DNA of 64,000 nucleotides from Nitrosopumilus sp. (GCA_965207445.1 CBDBLX010000002.1:2167849-2231848), one strand, 5' to 3'; numbered from the stretch's first letter, positions 31,884-43,160 are shown. Made by a program: numbers and translations. The notes: generated by a model not told the origin, from the letters alone.

Positions 31884-34232
31884 ATGAACACCAAATCAAA
31901 CACAACAAAGGTATTTTCCAATCAGGTTATTGTGCAGATAGCACGTATCTCACTTTTAGTAATATGTGTGACAACAGGAATAACAATTGCATTAAATGAG
32001 TTATACATCATTGATGAAAATTACGCATACGCGCAAAAACAACACAACATCACTGCATCAAGTATAATGGTAGGTGAGTCCATCATACTTTCAATAACAA
32101 ACGTCGGCAACGATGACGACACAGATGATACAACAAACATACAAAGCATAAAAGTGTGGTTAGATGAACAGGACAATCACATAACATTCAAGTCATTTAA
32201 AACTGAGAGTGGTTGGGTAGGTCAAAAGGTACAACAAGTAATTACATTTACAGCAACAGTACCTCTCAAAGTTGGCGATTCTGTTAAATTTGGAATAAAG
32301 ACAGACACACCGATATCAAGAATAAACTGGATGGCAATTGACCAAAGTGGAAACCAGGTAGCAATAGCACAATCCTTGCCAGATGACAATAACACACAAC
32401 CAGAGTCTGATCCAGAGCCAGATCCTACGCCAATAACAACACCAGATCCAGATCCAGATCCTACGCCAATAACAACACCAGATCCAACACCAAAGGGGAT
32501 CACATCAGAGTCTGACTTTAGAATAATACCTGCCAGAATAAACGTTGGAGATACGATCAGAGTAATAGGTGAAAAATTCGGATCATCTACAAGTTATGAA
32601 TTCTACTTAGATGACATAAGACTTGGTACATTTACAACTGACAGTGATGGGAATTTCATAACCACACAGAACTTACCATCAGAAATGCAAGCAGATAGAG
32701 TTGACTTTATAATAAAAGACTCAAACGGTGACACAGTTACAAGAAGTCTAAGGGTAAATCAAGCAGAAGTTAGAAGTGAGGTTCCAAATACAAGTGATAC
32801 GCAACAACAACCATCAACAACAGGCTTTGCACCAATAACCATATCAGGTATTCCAAATACAGCAAAGGTTGGAGACAGGTTATCAATTCATGGAACAGCC
32901 ACTGCAAACAAAACAATAGTCGTATACGTGAATGGTCCGGACAATACAATGCTAAGTTCGCACATAATACAAACAGACGAATCAGGCATATGGTTAATAC
33001 CAAAATCGTATCTGATAGGCGCCAACATGAAGATTGGAGACTATATTGTTTTTGCTACAGATGGCATACAAAATACACAAAAGACATTAACAGTCATATT
33101 TGAGGAGGATATTATAATAAGATCAGATAAAATAAGGTACGATCGTAGTGACACCATGACATTTAACATTACAACTAGTAATGAGGGTGGAGAATCAGTA
33201 AAGGTAGAACTAGAAAATCCAAACAATGTCATCGTATACTCAAATATACTAAATCTAAATAACACAAACTCAGTAGTGTTCAACTATAACATAGAGCATA
33301 CGGACTTTGAAGGCACATATACACTGCTTGTACAACATGGAAACAATAAAGAATTTCATTTTGTTGGAATAGATCAGATACCGACAATAAAGAACAGATT
33401 TGAGCTTGACAAGGTCAATTATGGTGCCACCGACACGGCTACAATAAACATAATAGCAAAACCACTTGAGACTGTCAAGCTCAACATACTAGATCAATCA
33501 GATACTCTCGTATATACAGAACAGATTGATGTACAGTCAGATGGTAAGAGTACCATAACACTCGATTTGAAAGAATTTGAGAATGGAATATACACAGCAG
33601 AGATTGAAAAGGGGACAGAAAAGACATCCAATGCATTTACGATAGGGCAATCAGGTGCAACCACAATTAACATTACACCTGTAAAACCACGATATTATCT
33701 AGGAGAGCAGATACTAGTCTCAATAGATACAGGTGACAGGATTGCCCCACTAACTATAGATTTGATAGATGTCAATGGTAATGTTGTAAATACAAAAGAA
33801 TCATTCTCAAACTTTATCAGAGAAAAAGATATGGACAGAAGTAAAGCATTAGAAACGCTACAAATCCCATCAAGTGGAAGTCTTGGGGAATGGACTATCA
33901 AAGTGACGAGTGGTGGAAATTCTGAATCTATTATCATTACGATAATACCAAGGGGCATCTCAATACACGTCTCAGAACCAGAAGGAGATAATTTGTCAGG
34001 TGTGAATTATATTGATGTGACTGTAATAGGTGCAAAACAGACAGTTAAAGTACACATAGAGACATTAGAGGGCCAGATAATTGGAGAAGAACAAAAGATC
34101 ACCATAACAGATGAGAATATCGCAATTGCTAAGATACTAATTCCAGATGATATTGTGCCAGGTACATATGTACTAAAGGCAATAGATACACATGGTCACA
34201 CTGCACAGACTGAAGTGGAAATAAACGGCTAA
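31884..34232 (+). CDS. Large exported multi-Ig-like surface protein with a Pro/Asp/Thr linker
   Basis: N-terminal TM/signal, repeated beta-sandwich units (G.Y...), PDPTPITT repeats. Confidence 0.8.
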   Translation: MNTKSNTTKVFSNQVIVQIARISLLVICVTTGITIALNELYIIDENYAYAQKQHNITASSIMVGESIILSITNVGNDDDTDDTTNIQSIKVWLDEQDNHITFKSFKTESGWVGQKVQQVITFTATVPLKVGDSVKFGIKTDTPISRINWMAIDQSGNQVAIAQSLPDDNNTQPESDPEPDPTPITTPDPDPDPTPITTPDPTPKGITSESDFRIIPARINVGDTIRVIGEKFGSSTSYEFYLDDIRLGTFTTDSDGNFITTQNLPSEMQADRVDFIIKDSNGDTVTRSLRVNQAEVRSEVPNTSDTQQQPSTTGFAPITISGIPNTAKVGDRLSIHGTATANKTIVVYVNGPDNTMLSSHIIQTDESGIWLIPKSYLIGANMKIGDYIVFATDGIQNTQKTLTVIFEEDIIIRSDKIRYDRSDTMTFNITTSNEGGESVKVELENPNNVIVYSNILNLNNTNSVVFNYNIEHTDFEGTYTLLVQHGNNKEFHFVGIDQIPTIKNRFELDKVNYGATDTATINIIAKPLETVKLNILDQSDTLVYTEQIDVQSDGKSTITLDLKEFENGIYTAEIEKGTEKTSNAFTIGQSGATTINITPVKPRYYLGEQILVSIDTGDRIAPLTIDLIDVNGNVVNTKESFSNFIREKDMDRSKALETLQIPSSGSLGEWTIKVTSGGNSESIIITIIPRGISIHVSEPEGDNLSGVNYIDVTVIGAKQTVKVHIETLEGQIIGEEQKITITDENIAIAKILIPDDIVPGTYVLKAIDTHGHTAQTEVEING

Positions 34233-34572
34233 TGTTTAGCATCATTAATCATCGACAATTCTTTGAGATAGTAGGTTGTTTTCAAAATTAATTTTAAAGT
34301 ATGCAAACAGATAATATCGCATAGTTAAAGTTCAACAAATGTATAGACAATATTATGTACACTTTAGGAAACAGTAATGTGTTGTTTGTGAAAATTATTA
34401 ATTAGCCATATTTACATACAAAGTATAATGAGATATTTGTATGATATAGTAAATATCATAACTTGTTGCCAATTATTAACGATGCATATCAAAATTGATA
34501 CTAAACTTGACTAGAGATAAATTTGTAAAATAGATCAAGACATTTATTATTAATAGTATTCAGATTAAAAAT

Positions 34573-35088
34573 ATGGATCTAAAAAGCATGGTAACAGACT
34601 ATGTAGGGTTTCCAAAAAAAGGAATAATATTTAGAGACTTTGGGCCAATACTACGAGAGCCAAAAGCACTCATGTTCATGACATCTGAGTTTGGAAAGCA
34701 TTTTGATAATATGAAACAGATAGACGTAATGGCAGGAATAGAGTCACGTGGGTTTATCACATCTACACTACTAGGTGCCACATTCAACAAAGGTGTCATA
34801 ATGATACGAAAGCCAGGTAAACTACCAGGCAATACAATAAAGAGATCATACGAATTGGAATATGGTCAAAGTGAGTTAGAGTTGCAGACAAACATAATAT
34901 CAAATGGGCAAAGAGTCCTAATATGCGATGACTTGCTTGCGACCGGAGGGACAGCAGAGGCAGCAGGGAAACTAGTAGAGAGTGCAGGTGGAATAGTGGC
35001 AGGTTATGCATTTATTATTGAACTCACAGGTTTGAGTGGTGCCAAAGTCATCTCAGAGTACAAATACAAGTCATTGATACAATATTAG
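34573..35088 (+). CDS. apt: Adenine phosphoribosyltransferase
   Basis: FPKKGIIFRD, GIESRGF, RKPGKLPG, LEYG and DDLLATGGT motifs. Confidence 0.97.
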   Translation: MDLKSMVTDYVGFPKKGIIFRDFGPILREPKALMFMTSEFGKHFDNMKQIDVMAGIESRGFITSTLLGATFNKGVIMIRKPGKLPGNTIKRSYELEYGQSELELQTNIISNGQRVLICDDLLATGGTAEAAGKLVESAGGIVAGYAFIIELTGLSGAKVISEYKYKSLIQY

Positions 35089-35374
35089 AGGGGTAGGTGA
35101 TCAGGCCATGCCTAATATGATTACGTATATTTTTTAGTAAAATGAGTTGGCATGATGCGTGTTTTTTAATGCAGGTGTGGTACGCCGACTTTAAACATAC
35201 CGTAAAGTCTCACGATAAAATAGTGGTAATGTTTGGCCACATTAATTACATAATTTAAAAGGTATATAATTATATGTATTTAATGCACAGATACAAAATA
35301 TAAAGTGCAAGTCAAAAAAATGAAATAAAATTTAGAGATCAATTCTCAATATATCCTTACCAAAAATGTGTCAC

Positions 35375-35475
35375 ATGTACATACACTGAGAAAAACAGCA
35401 GGCAAACACAGGAGATTTTTTTATGGGTGCAATGCAAACACTACATTACAAGTGATTCATTAACAAATCACACGA
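35375..35475 (+). repeat. Dispersed repeat; second copy at about 36527-36645 (direct repeats flanking mtnP)
   Basis: TACACTGAGAAAAACA..CAAACAC.GGAG.TTTTTT..AATGCAAACAC..TACATTACAA.TGATT..TTAACAAATCAC. Confidence 0.85.
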
Positions 35476-35500
35476 TAATCTAGTAAGTCTTTACATTAAA

Positions 35501-35637
35501 TGTGAACTAGACCCAACTGGGAGATTTTTGAAAGATTTTCTAAGTGAATCATCACTGTTCCAAATAAGAGAGCAATGCCCAATGCAGAGTTGAATACGAT
35601 TGTTTTGATGAAAAGCGTCACAAAGCTAAAGGTAAAA
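35501..35637 (+). repeat. Dispersed repeat of about 137 bp; second copy at 38202-38339
   Basis: TGTGAACTAGA..ATCATCACTGTTCCAAATAAGAGAG..AAAAGCGTCACAAAGCTAAAGGTAAAA in both. Confidence 0.9.
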
Positions 35638-35685
35638 ATATGTCTTCGTTAGGAATAGAGTGACTACATACAGAGGAATAAGATT

Positions 35686-36486
35686 ATGAGTAATACGGTT
35701 ACAGCAGAGATTGGAATATTTGGTGGAACGGGCATATATGACTCTGGATTGTTAGATGGTGCACAAGAAATAAAGATAGATACAAAATATGGTGCAACAT
35801 CAGATGTAATAACAGTTGGAGTATTTCAAAACAGAAAAGTTGCGTTTCTTCCAAGACACGGACGTAAGCACACCATACCACCACATATGATAAACTTTAG
35901 AGCAAATATAGAAGCATTCAAGAGGATCGGAGTCACACATATAATAGCACCATCGGCAGTAGGAAGCCTCAGAGAAGATCTAAAACCAGGAGACTTTGTG
36001 TTACCATCGCAATATATTGACTATACAAAATCAAGAGAGTACTCGTTTTCAGAAACAGGAAGGGTCATACACATATCAATGGCAGAGCCATTTTGCCCAC
36101 AATTACAAGATGTGGTTGTATCTGTGGCATCAAAATTAGATATCTCACTTGCAGTAAACAAAACATACGTATGTATCGAAGGGCCGAGATTTTCAACAAA
36201 AGCAGAATCCAAGATGTACAGGCAGTTTGGGGCAGATATAATCGGGATGACATTGGTTCCGGAATGTCAGTTGGCAAGAGAGGCTCAGATATGCTATACA
36301 TCAATTGCAACAGTCACAGATTATGATGCATGGGCCGAAAAACCGGTGACTGCAAAAGAGGTCATAGAAACACTCTCAAAGAATGTAGAGCGGATAAAAA
36401 AGCTGTTGACAGAGTTGATACCAAATATACCCAATACGCATCGTACGTGTGCATGTGCAAGAGCACTAGAGGAAGCAGAGTTCTAG
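35686..36486 (+). CDS. mtnP: 5'-methylthioadenosine phosphorylase
   Basis: [30 protein letters not shown] and VTDYD motifs. Confidence 0.97.
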   Translation: MSNTVTAEIGIFGGTGIYDSGLLDGAQEIKIDTKYGATSDVITVGVFQNRKVAFLPRHGRKHTIPPHMINFRANIEAFKRIGVTHIIAPSAVGSLREDLKPGDFVLPSQYIDYTKSREYSFSETGRVIHISMAEPFCPQLQDVVVSVASKLDISLAVNKTYVCIEGPRFSTKAESKMYRQFGADIIGMTLVPECQLAREAQICYTSIATVTDYDAWAEKPVTAKEVIETLSKNVERIKKLLTELIPNIPNTHRTCACARALEEAEF

Positions 36487-37410
36487 TATTAATTGGGACA
36501 GATGATAACTGCCAGAAATGCGCAGCATGTGTATACACTGAGAAAAACAATAGACAAACACTGGAGGTTTTTTTGTAGAGGTAATGCAAACACACAGACA
36601 ATACAATGCAGACAATACATTACAAATGATTTGTTAACAAATCACGCTGTAAGCAAGTAGTGCAGTAACGATCACAAGTCCATGTACGCCAATTTTACAC
36701 AATTTTATGCCTGAAAAGATCATAATTTGTGCTTGACAAGGAACCATGATACACTTCTAAAAAGACACATGATTTCTTTAGAACACATGGCAACATCATC
36801 TTGTGGTCCTACTGGACATCTGTATCTAAATCCGATAGAAGAGGTATGGAGTATACTCAAGTGAACAGTTGATAACGCAATTAGATGTGTGGATAAAACC
36901 ACCCATCTAAACGCCGTGTACAAGTTTATTGATAATCATATATTTGAGTAAATTTAAAAAGTTTTGAAAGCGCCGGCCACTAAAAAGTCTCATATGTCCA
37001 TTTGTAAAGGCAAATCCCAGCACTGCTGATTCCAAAATAGGCGAATTTTGTGGACTAAAAGTACCCGTCTACCATCTCCATATTTACATGTCCCGTCGCA
37101 TGTTAGTGTATGTGTGCATTATGGAGTCCCATCACCATATTTTTTGATACTTTATCTTTTAAAAAATATTGCAAATCTGAATTACTGAGTATTTCTATGC
37201 AAAGATATATGTTAAAAATTACCTAGCATGATTTTTTCGTTGTGCCAGAATTTATGAACATCTCTACACCCAGAAGATTAGTGGACAGCGCCGGGGTCCG
37301 GCCCACTCATGTCACTGTTGCCGCCTCCTGTGCCTCTAAGCACTTGATTTTGATCGGTCTACGTTAGATGTGTCCACCCATTAGTAATCACACACAAACT
37401 TAACTGCTCC

Positions 37411-37821
37411 TTAAGAAGGACGTATGGGTTTATACCAATGTGGTGTGATTGTATTTACATCTAGATCTTTGTATATTAGATAGAATAAAACTTCGTAAAT
37501 CTTGAGATTCGTTGTCGAAAATATTCGAAAAATAATTTTATTGTCTTGATTCTTTAACAGGATCTCGTTTGTATTATCCTTGAACATAAAATCATCATAA
37601 TTCACATACAGTATGACATATTTATTATGATAAAAATCGAGTATTATCTGCTTTAGTTCTTCTATACTTTTATTTCCTTTAATTAGCAACTTTTCCTGAC
37701 ATTTTGATTGGAGTGTGGTGACTTTCTCACTAATTGTTTCTGTGTTTTTTGCCAATAATGACTCGCGCAAGTTTGGTGGGTATGAAAAGGAAAAAAGGTA
37801 GAAAGAAAGTGTTTTTTTCAT
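37411..37821 (-). CDS. AT-rich hypothetical protein (start placed at MKKTLS; upstream in-frame part may be a remnant of another gene)
   Basis: Open frame 37411-38019 truncated at an IS630-type end. Confidence 0.5.
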   Translation of the reverse strand: MKKTLSFYLFSFSYPPNLRESLLAKNTETISEKVTTLQSKCQEKLLIKGNKSIEELKQIILDFYHNKYVILYVNYDDFMFKDNTNEILLKNQDNKIIFRIFSTTNLKIYEVLFYLIYKDLDVNTITPHWYKPIRPS

Positions 37822-38031
37822 GGTGTTGGATCGTAACCGTCTTCGAGGCTTTGAATATGTATGTTTGAATCGATCTGTCCCAAAAAAAGCCCCTGGTAAT
37901 TCAAGTACCATGTAGTTTTCATTGGTATTCCAGTTGGTGCATGTCATAGTAATATCACCGCTGCTACCATCGTCTTGACTACGCGTGTACGGAGAACATC
38001 TACTGCCGACAATGATCAACGTGCATGCATG

Positions 38032-38142
38032 ATAGTTTCATTAAAGATCCGATAGTTTTCTAATATTTTGTATTCATAATATGTGCTCAACTTCGAGATG
38101 AATATCAATTAAAATATCGGATCTTTAATCATATCAGTATGC
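38032..38142. repeat. About 110-bp IS630-end-derived MITE-like repeat; second copy at 40085-40195
   Basis: TAGTTTCATTAAAGATCCGATA ... TATCGGATCTTTAAT inverted pair; the two copies are nearly identical. Confidence 0.85.
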
Positions 38143-38659
38143 ACCAGATGTTAGGTGGCGAGTCTGTGCCTAAATTTGGGAAGAGGTTGAACGGTTACAG
38201 ATGTGAACTAGATCCAACTGAAAGGTTTTTGAAAGATTTTCTAAAGTAAATCATCACTGTTCCAAATAAGAGAGTAAGACCCAATGCAAAGTTGAATACG
38301 ATTGTTTTGACAAAAAGCGTCACAAAGCTAAAGGTAAAAGTAAGACTTTATTGTGAATGGTATGATCATGTATATTGACACAACCATCAATATGATGTTT
38401 CAAATAAAGAATCGAAAATTCCATCGACAAACATCTATGAATCAAAAATAATAAATGGACATAAAAGACCAAAAACTTTCGGATCGTTGTTTTAATTACT
38501 AAGCATTATTGTCATCATCATCAGTATCATCATCAGTATCACAATAATAACAATCAGCACCAACACTAAGATTGCATGAAATATTATTTACACAGCAACT
38601 AGTAACAAAACACACTACAACAGCAACTAGTCCAAAAATCAAAACGTAACTACAATGTA

Positions 38660-38968
38660 TCACGTGTTATTATCATGCAAGTTATCATCTGCAAACATTT
38701 CACGTGACAGTCCTTTTGGGAGAGTCAAGTCACCTTGTAATAGATTCTTTTGAAGCTGCATTATCACATCATCAAGATCATAACCTGCAGCCTTTATCTC
38801 AGATTCTACTGATTCGGACAACTTTGCTCCAATGTTTTGACCACCTATTCGTCCAAACGCAATTGCTTCAAAAGGATACACACTAGCATCATCTAGGGCA
38901 AATGTACCATCGATTTTAGCCGCCATCTGAGTTCCATCTATTGCATTGATATTTACACGAATATCCAT
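38660..38968 (-). CDS. Hypothetical protein
   Basis: Operon-like with upstream genes; FEAIAFGRIGGQN block. Confidence 0.75.
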   Translation of the reverse strand: MDIRVNINAIDGTQMAAKIDGTFALDDASVYPFEAIAFGRIGGQNIGAKLSESVESEIKAAGYDLDDVIMQLQKNLLQGDLTLPKGLSREMFADDNLHDNNT

Positions 38969-38972
38969 GCAA

Positions 38973-39386
38973 TCAGATCTCCACTGCTTTATTGACATGA
39001 TCTTCTATTAGAAAACTCCAATGCTGATCATCTACTAGTGCAAAGTTCGATACAGGGATCTTGATTATACGCTCATCTAATGATTCATGGACCAACGTAC
39101 CATGCTCTTTGAGTTTTACAAGTTTCCATTTGTCTTTACCTTGCTGTAATTTGGAGACACATACGGCCCATTTTTCATCAGAGTTTATGCGCGGCATTCC
39201 AACTAGGTCAGTAAGTTCTTCGATACCAAGCTGTTTTTCCTCACAAAATATCTTTTTGCACAACGGACAACGCCATACATCAACAGAGCCAATTGTGCGC
39301 TCACTGATGTTAATATTCACCACACCAAAGTAGACAGGTTGACATTTGCAAGTGTCAGGGTCAATTGTAGTAGACACAATGCACAC
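38973..39386 (-). CDS. Cys-containing hypothetical protein
   Basis: CKC..WRCPLC..C; operon context. Confidence 0.75.
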   Translation of the reverse strand: MCIVSTTIDPDTCKCQPVYFGVVNINISERTIGSVDVWRCPLCKKIFCEEKQLGIEELTDLVGMPRINSDEKWAVCVSKLQQGKDKWKLVKLKEHGTLVHESLDERIIKIPVSNFALVDDQHWSFLIEDHVNKAVEI

Positions 39387-39398
39387 GCCAATCTTCCT

Positions 39399-39755
39399 TT
39401 ATTTAGTCCTTGCAGAATCATATGGTTGTTCTAATGCAGCACCTATAGCATCAATCACACGATTGCGCCCAAATTTCTTGTTTTGGCGCTCGCATATACG
39501 CCGAAACATGTTAACAGCAGTAAAGCGAGGATGCATAGCCTCAAAAGTGGTCTCGGTCATTTTAATAAAGGCACCTAGTTCGACAAGAGACTCTGCAGCA
39601 GCACTAGCATCAAATTCAGATACATCGAGGTGTTTTGCAATCATTTGAGGCGACATTTGTCCATTACACGTAACAAGCAAGTAAATTTGTGCTTGTATAA
39701 CACTGATTCCAAGCTCAGAGATCAGGTCATTTTGTATATTAGACGGTAACGACAT
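39399..39755 (-). CDS. TrmB-like HTH protein
   Basis: LG.S..QAQIY.LV..G.MS...IA wHTH pattern. Confidence 0.7.
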   Translation of the reverse strand: MSLPSNIQNDLISELGISVIQAQIYLLVTCNGQMSPQMIAKHLDVSEFDASAAAESLVELGAFIKMTETTFEAMHPRFTAVNMFRRICERQNKKFGRNRVIDAIGAALEQPYDSARTK

Positions 39756-39798
39756 ATTTTACCACACATAATATACAAAATAAAGGTGTCAATCTGTT

Positions 39799-39868
39799 GT
39801 GTGAACCAAGCTCCGTGCCTAGAAAATCCGCCAAACACCATTTTCCACGCACAGAGCTTGGTTCACAC
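39799..39868. mobile_element. 70-bp mini-MITE with GTGTGAACCAAGCTC TIRs and unrelated interior
   Basis: 20-bp near-perfect inverted repeat; 8-bp TSD AATCTGTT (39791-39798, 39869-39876). Confidence 0.92.
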
Positions 39869-39890
39869 AATCTGTTTAATTGTCCAATCC

Positions 39891-40039
39891 GTGTGAACCA
39901 ACCTCCATGACTGATATGATCATTCAAAAATAACTTCTAGCCAAATGTATCGCATGTATGGTACTCAATATGCAGGTAGGGATGTGACCAAATACAAGTA
40001 TATGGTTTCATTATTATGTCCAAAGATCTTGGTTCACAC
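39891..40039 (+). repeat. About 148-bp GTGTGAACCAA-MITE copy
   Basis: TIRs and conserved interior. Confidence 0.92.
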
Positions 40040-40161
40040 TCATGGAGGGATACTTGCTCTGTTGTGCTTATCTTGGCGTGCTTAATAGTTTCATTAAAGA
40101 TCCGATAGTTTTCTAATATTTTGTATTCATAATATGTACTCAACTTCGAGATGAATATCAA

Positions 40162-40687
40162 TCAAAATATCGGATCTTTAATCATATCAGTATGCTTTAG
40201 CACGGACTTGAGCACCCTCTTAAAGTCCCGCAGTTCCTTGTCGTCCCGTACGGAAAACGACACGCCCATCATCCCATAGTCTTGAAGGTTATCGTCAAAA
40301 AACGAGTGTCCAGTGCATGCACCCAACCGCGTGTCCCACCAGCAGGGGGACGTCATAAAAGTAGCTGTCATAATAGTCATAGCCGTCATTGCGCCTCTCA
40401 AGGAACCGCACCACTACGACCTTTTCCGGGGCCCGCCTTACCACCAGCATCCTTTTTCTCGCAGTCTTGGCTGCCGGATCTAAACCTTCCAGTATGTCCC
40501 CGTGGTGTAACGCGACGCCGCGCCTGAGCCGGATCTCTGCCCGTCCGCTCGCCTTTGTCCGGACAGCCTGCCTGCCCTTTGCCATGGAGTCCCTGGAGAT
40601 AGTGACGGTGTCATCGGCGCCCGCGCCGCCTCTCTTGTTCCCGCCAGCAAAGACATTGACTATCCTCCTGGTGTATGTGGCGGCCAT
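40162..40687 (-). pseudogene. Urease accessory UreE-like protein, frameshifted near 40300
   Basis: LRRGVALHHGDIL, PEKVVVVRF and VGHAVGCMH resemble UreE (GD.L; GH..GN.H); C-terminus continues in ORF 40162-40401. Confidence 0.65.
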
Positions 40688-41215
40688 GGCTTGCGTCACT
40701 ACCGGGCGCCAATATACATTCCTCCGCACTGCGAGGCAAAAGTAAACCTTGCAATGGGCGAATGCAATGCAGGGTGAGCTGGAGTGGAGGGCTGACCCCG
40801 TCAATTGAGAGCGCTTTTTGGCATGAAAAAGGAAACACCGTCGGTCATTTGTTTGGTTGGGGCCGCGAGGGAGCGGGTGTAAAGTGTGTCAACCCGTGCG
40901 CGAATGGAAGGCGGGCGCGCAGGGCGGGGCGGCAAGGCCACCGCGCCGACCAAGATGTCTTCATACACGCCGCAGGATCTGTATTCACGTTACTCGGCGA
41001 CGTGTCTCGCACCGCGAGAACCACACAAAAGACGGCTCAACCCATTGCCCCATATTCACAACATAAGACGGCTAGAGGAGTACAATCCTGTTCAGGGAAC
41101 GTGTGTCAGACCCAACCGCGTGACGCATCAGCCTTGCCAAAATCCCTCAAGCCTACAAAAGGCACTCCAGATCCAGATATACCTCCTTATATAACGCAAG
41201 GTGTAATGGTGTGCA

Positions 41216-41944
41216 ATGACCACAAAAAATGCACAATACGCCATCTTGGGGGTGGTTGCGATCGCGGCGTTGCTCGTAATGCCCACGGCGCTCAACCAGT
41301 CCGAGGCGCAATCCAGCCCAACGTATGATCCCGAGATGGTCGAATACATACGCACCGTCATCAGCCAGACAGGTACCGCCACGATTACCGAGGCCGACGA
41401 CACACGAAGAGTCACCACCACGAACACGGTCGTGCAGGACGGCTCCACGTACGCCGTGCACACGGTCACCACTGCAGACGGCACCACCATCAACGACGAA
41501 ACCGTGGCCATCACGCAGAACAACGACGGAACGTACAGGTTGGTGAACACGGACAGGAGCATAGACGTGGTATTTACAGACGACGAGAGCGACTACCTGC
41601 AGGGACGTGCATCACAAAGTCTGACGCGGACGATCATCACACTGAGTGATCGCGCTTACGCAGACGAGGGCGAGCTGATTGTCCTAAGTGACGACTACAG
41701 GGGATGCTTGGGCAACTATGCCACATTCACAGCAGCCGTAGACACCACCGACGACACATACATGACATGGAGAGCGCAACCCCAGTTCTTCTCGTACTGC
41801 TTCCTGTATCAAGGGTTCGACCAAGTCAAGATCACGCACGAAGGACACACAGTCTACGATTCGTCAAGGCAGTCCAGCATCGACATGTGGAACGCCAACG
41901 GAGAAGGCTGGTACTCGGCAACGGTCAATGTATACTACAACTAG
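41216..41944 (+). CDS. Secreted hypothetical protein (GC-rich island)
   Basis: Signal peptide MTTKNAQYAILGVVAIAALLVMPTALNQSEAQ; GC3-rich codons. Confidence 0.8.
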   Translation: MTTKNAQYAILGVVAIAALLVMPTALNQSEAQSSPTYDPEMVEYIRTVISQTGTATITEADDTRRVTTTNTVVQDGSTYAVHTVTTADGTTINDETVAITQNNDGTYRLVNTDRSIDVVFTDDESDYLQGRASQSLTRTIITLSDRAYADEGELIVLSDDYRGCLGNYATFTAAVDTTDDTYMTWRAQPQFFSYCFLYQGFDQVKITHEGHTVYDSSRQSSIDMWNANGEGWYSATVNVYYN

Positions 41945-41959
41945 AGGCACCGAGGCATC

Positions 41960-42268
41960 ATGACCAAACCCATCTTCTTTTTTTGGATGATAACGAGCGT
42001 CTGCGCAATGTGCGTCAGTGGGTTTATCGCCGCGCAGAACCTGACGGCGCAGGTAGATGGCATGATGGGTGGGTGGACCTTGTCCTTTTGGGACAGGGTG
42101 TGGACGGACTGGGGCATTCACCTTAGCTTCACGTTTGTAGCCGTTTTTGGCGCGATATTTAGTGCGACATCCTATGCGGCTGTGCAACACGGCATACTGA
42201 CCAGAAATCATGTTATCATAATTCTGATTGGAATCGTATTGTTTACAATCGGCTTGGAATATGCCTAA
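41960..42268 (+). CDS. Small 3-TM membrane protein
   Basis: Starts 15 nt after the secreted-protein gene; three hydrophobic segments. Confidence 0.7.
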   Translation: MTKPIFFFWMITSVCAMCVSGFIAAQNLTAQVDGMMGGWTLSFWDRVWTDWGIHLSFTFVAVFGAIFSATSYAAVQHGILTRNHVIIILIGIVLFTIGLEYA

Positions 42269-42430
42269 ACCGAATCTGCGCACCACCCGAAGGGCCGCTA
42301 TCCGTTCCTCAAACTTGGCCTTGTGCTTGCGCACCACCTTGGACACATTCTCGTTCTCGGCGGCCACCCCGACCAGATCATCGCGCAATATAGCCGTCTC
42401 CGACTTATGCGGGTTGATAGCCACAGTGAT

Positions 42431-42578
42431 GCGTGAACCAAGATCCATGATAAAATGATCATTCAAAAATAGCGCCTAGCCAAATGCAACGCATGCACGA
42501 TACTCAATATACAGGCAAGGGTGTGACCAAATACAAGTATATGATTTCATTATTACGTCCAAAGAGCTTGGTTCACAC
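42431..42578 (+). repeat. About 148-bp GTGTGAACCAA-MITE copy
   Basis: TIRs and conserved interior. Confidence 0.92.
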
Positions 42579-42582
42579 GTTT

Positions 42583-42843
42583 TTATTTGTCATTTTGCCC
42601 ATCAGATGAGTCTCGTCCCACGAGTAGACGTCTAGATATTTTAAGTGAAAAACCCATAGCAATAAAGTGAGCTATAACGCCTGCAATTGCGCCGATCATC
42701 AAATCATCTAGTACAACCCACGCCAAAAAAAAGACCAAAAGGGAGGGTGCAGTAACTATAACACCAATAAGTGATCCTTTTTTGACGATATCTTTGGTCG
42801 TGAGTTTTGTAGGTTTGCGTGAGATATCATCAAAAGGCGACAA
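42583..42843 (-). CDS. Small 2-TM hypothetical protein
   Basis: Two TM helices. Confidence 0.7.
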   Translation of the reverse strand: MSPFDDISRKPTKLTTKDIVKKGSLIGVIVTAPSLLVFFLAWVVLDDLMIGAIAGVIAHFIAMGFSLKISRRLLVGRDSSDGQNDK

Positions 42844-43160
42844 TCTGATAATGACAAACTTTTGAGAGTTATAAAAATTAGTGTATGGGGCAGTAATATA
42901 CTAATTTAGATTTTAAAATATGATTTTAAAATATGATTTTATATATCAAGTCAAATAGGCACCAACTAAATATAAAATGACGCAAATCCAAAGAACTTAC
43001 ACAATAATGAAGATATGCCCAAATTATAAAATCTGATCGTTTTTAAGATCGCATGTAATCCCAATTATAATTAAATATTAGGACATATTTATGTATAGTA
43101 AAATATTAATTTTTACACTCAACAACGTCTTTATATTTGTCAGACTAAAATTCAATATAC

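Noticed and set aside
36720..37260. Decayed gene on the minus strand (similar fragments at 12250-12640 and 17000-17290)
   Set aside because: Coding-like fragments are present, but I could not recognise any family with confidence.
40675..41328. 217-aa ORF and other overlapping ORFs in the GC-rich island
   Set aside because: Likely shadow ORFs of GC-rich DNA; no motifs, and they overlap better-supported genes.
8176..42578. 148-bp repeats as integron attC sites
   Set aside because: No RYYYAAC/GTTRRRY cores and no integrase; two copies have 8-bp TSDs, indicating DDE transposition.
39891..42578. Composite transposon made of two MITEs
   Set aside because: Outer flanks TCCAATCC and GTTTTTAT do not match; kept only as a MITE-bounded island.
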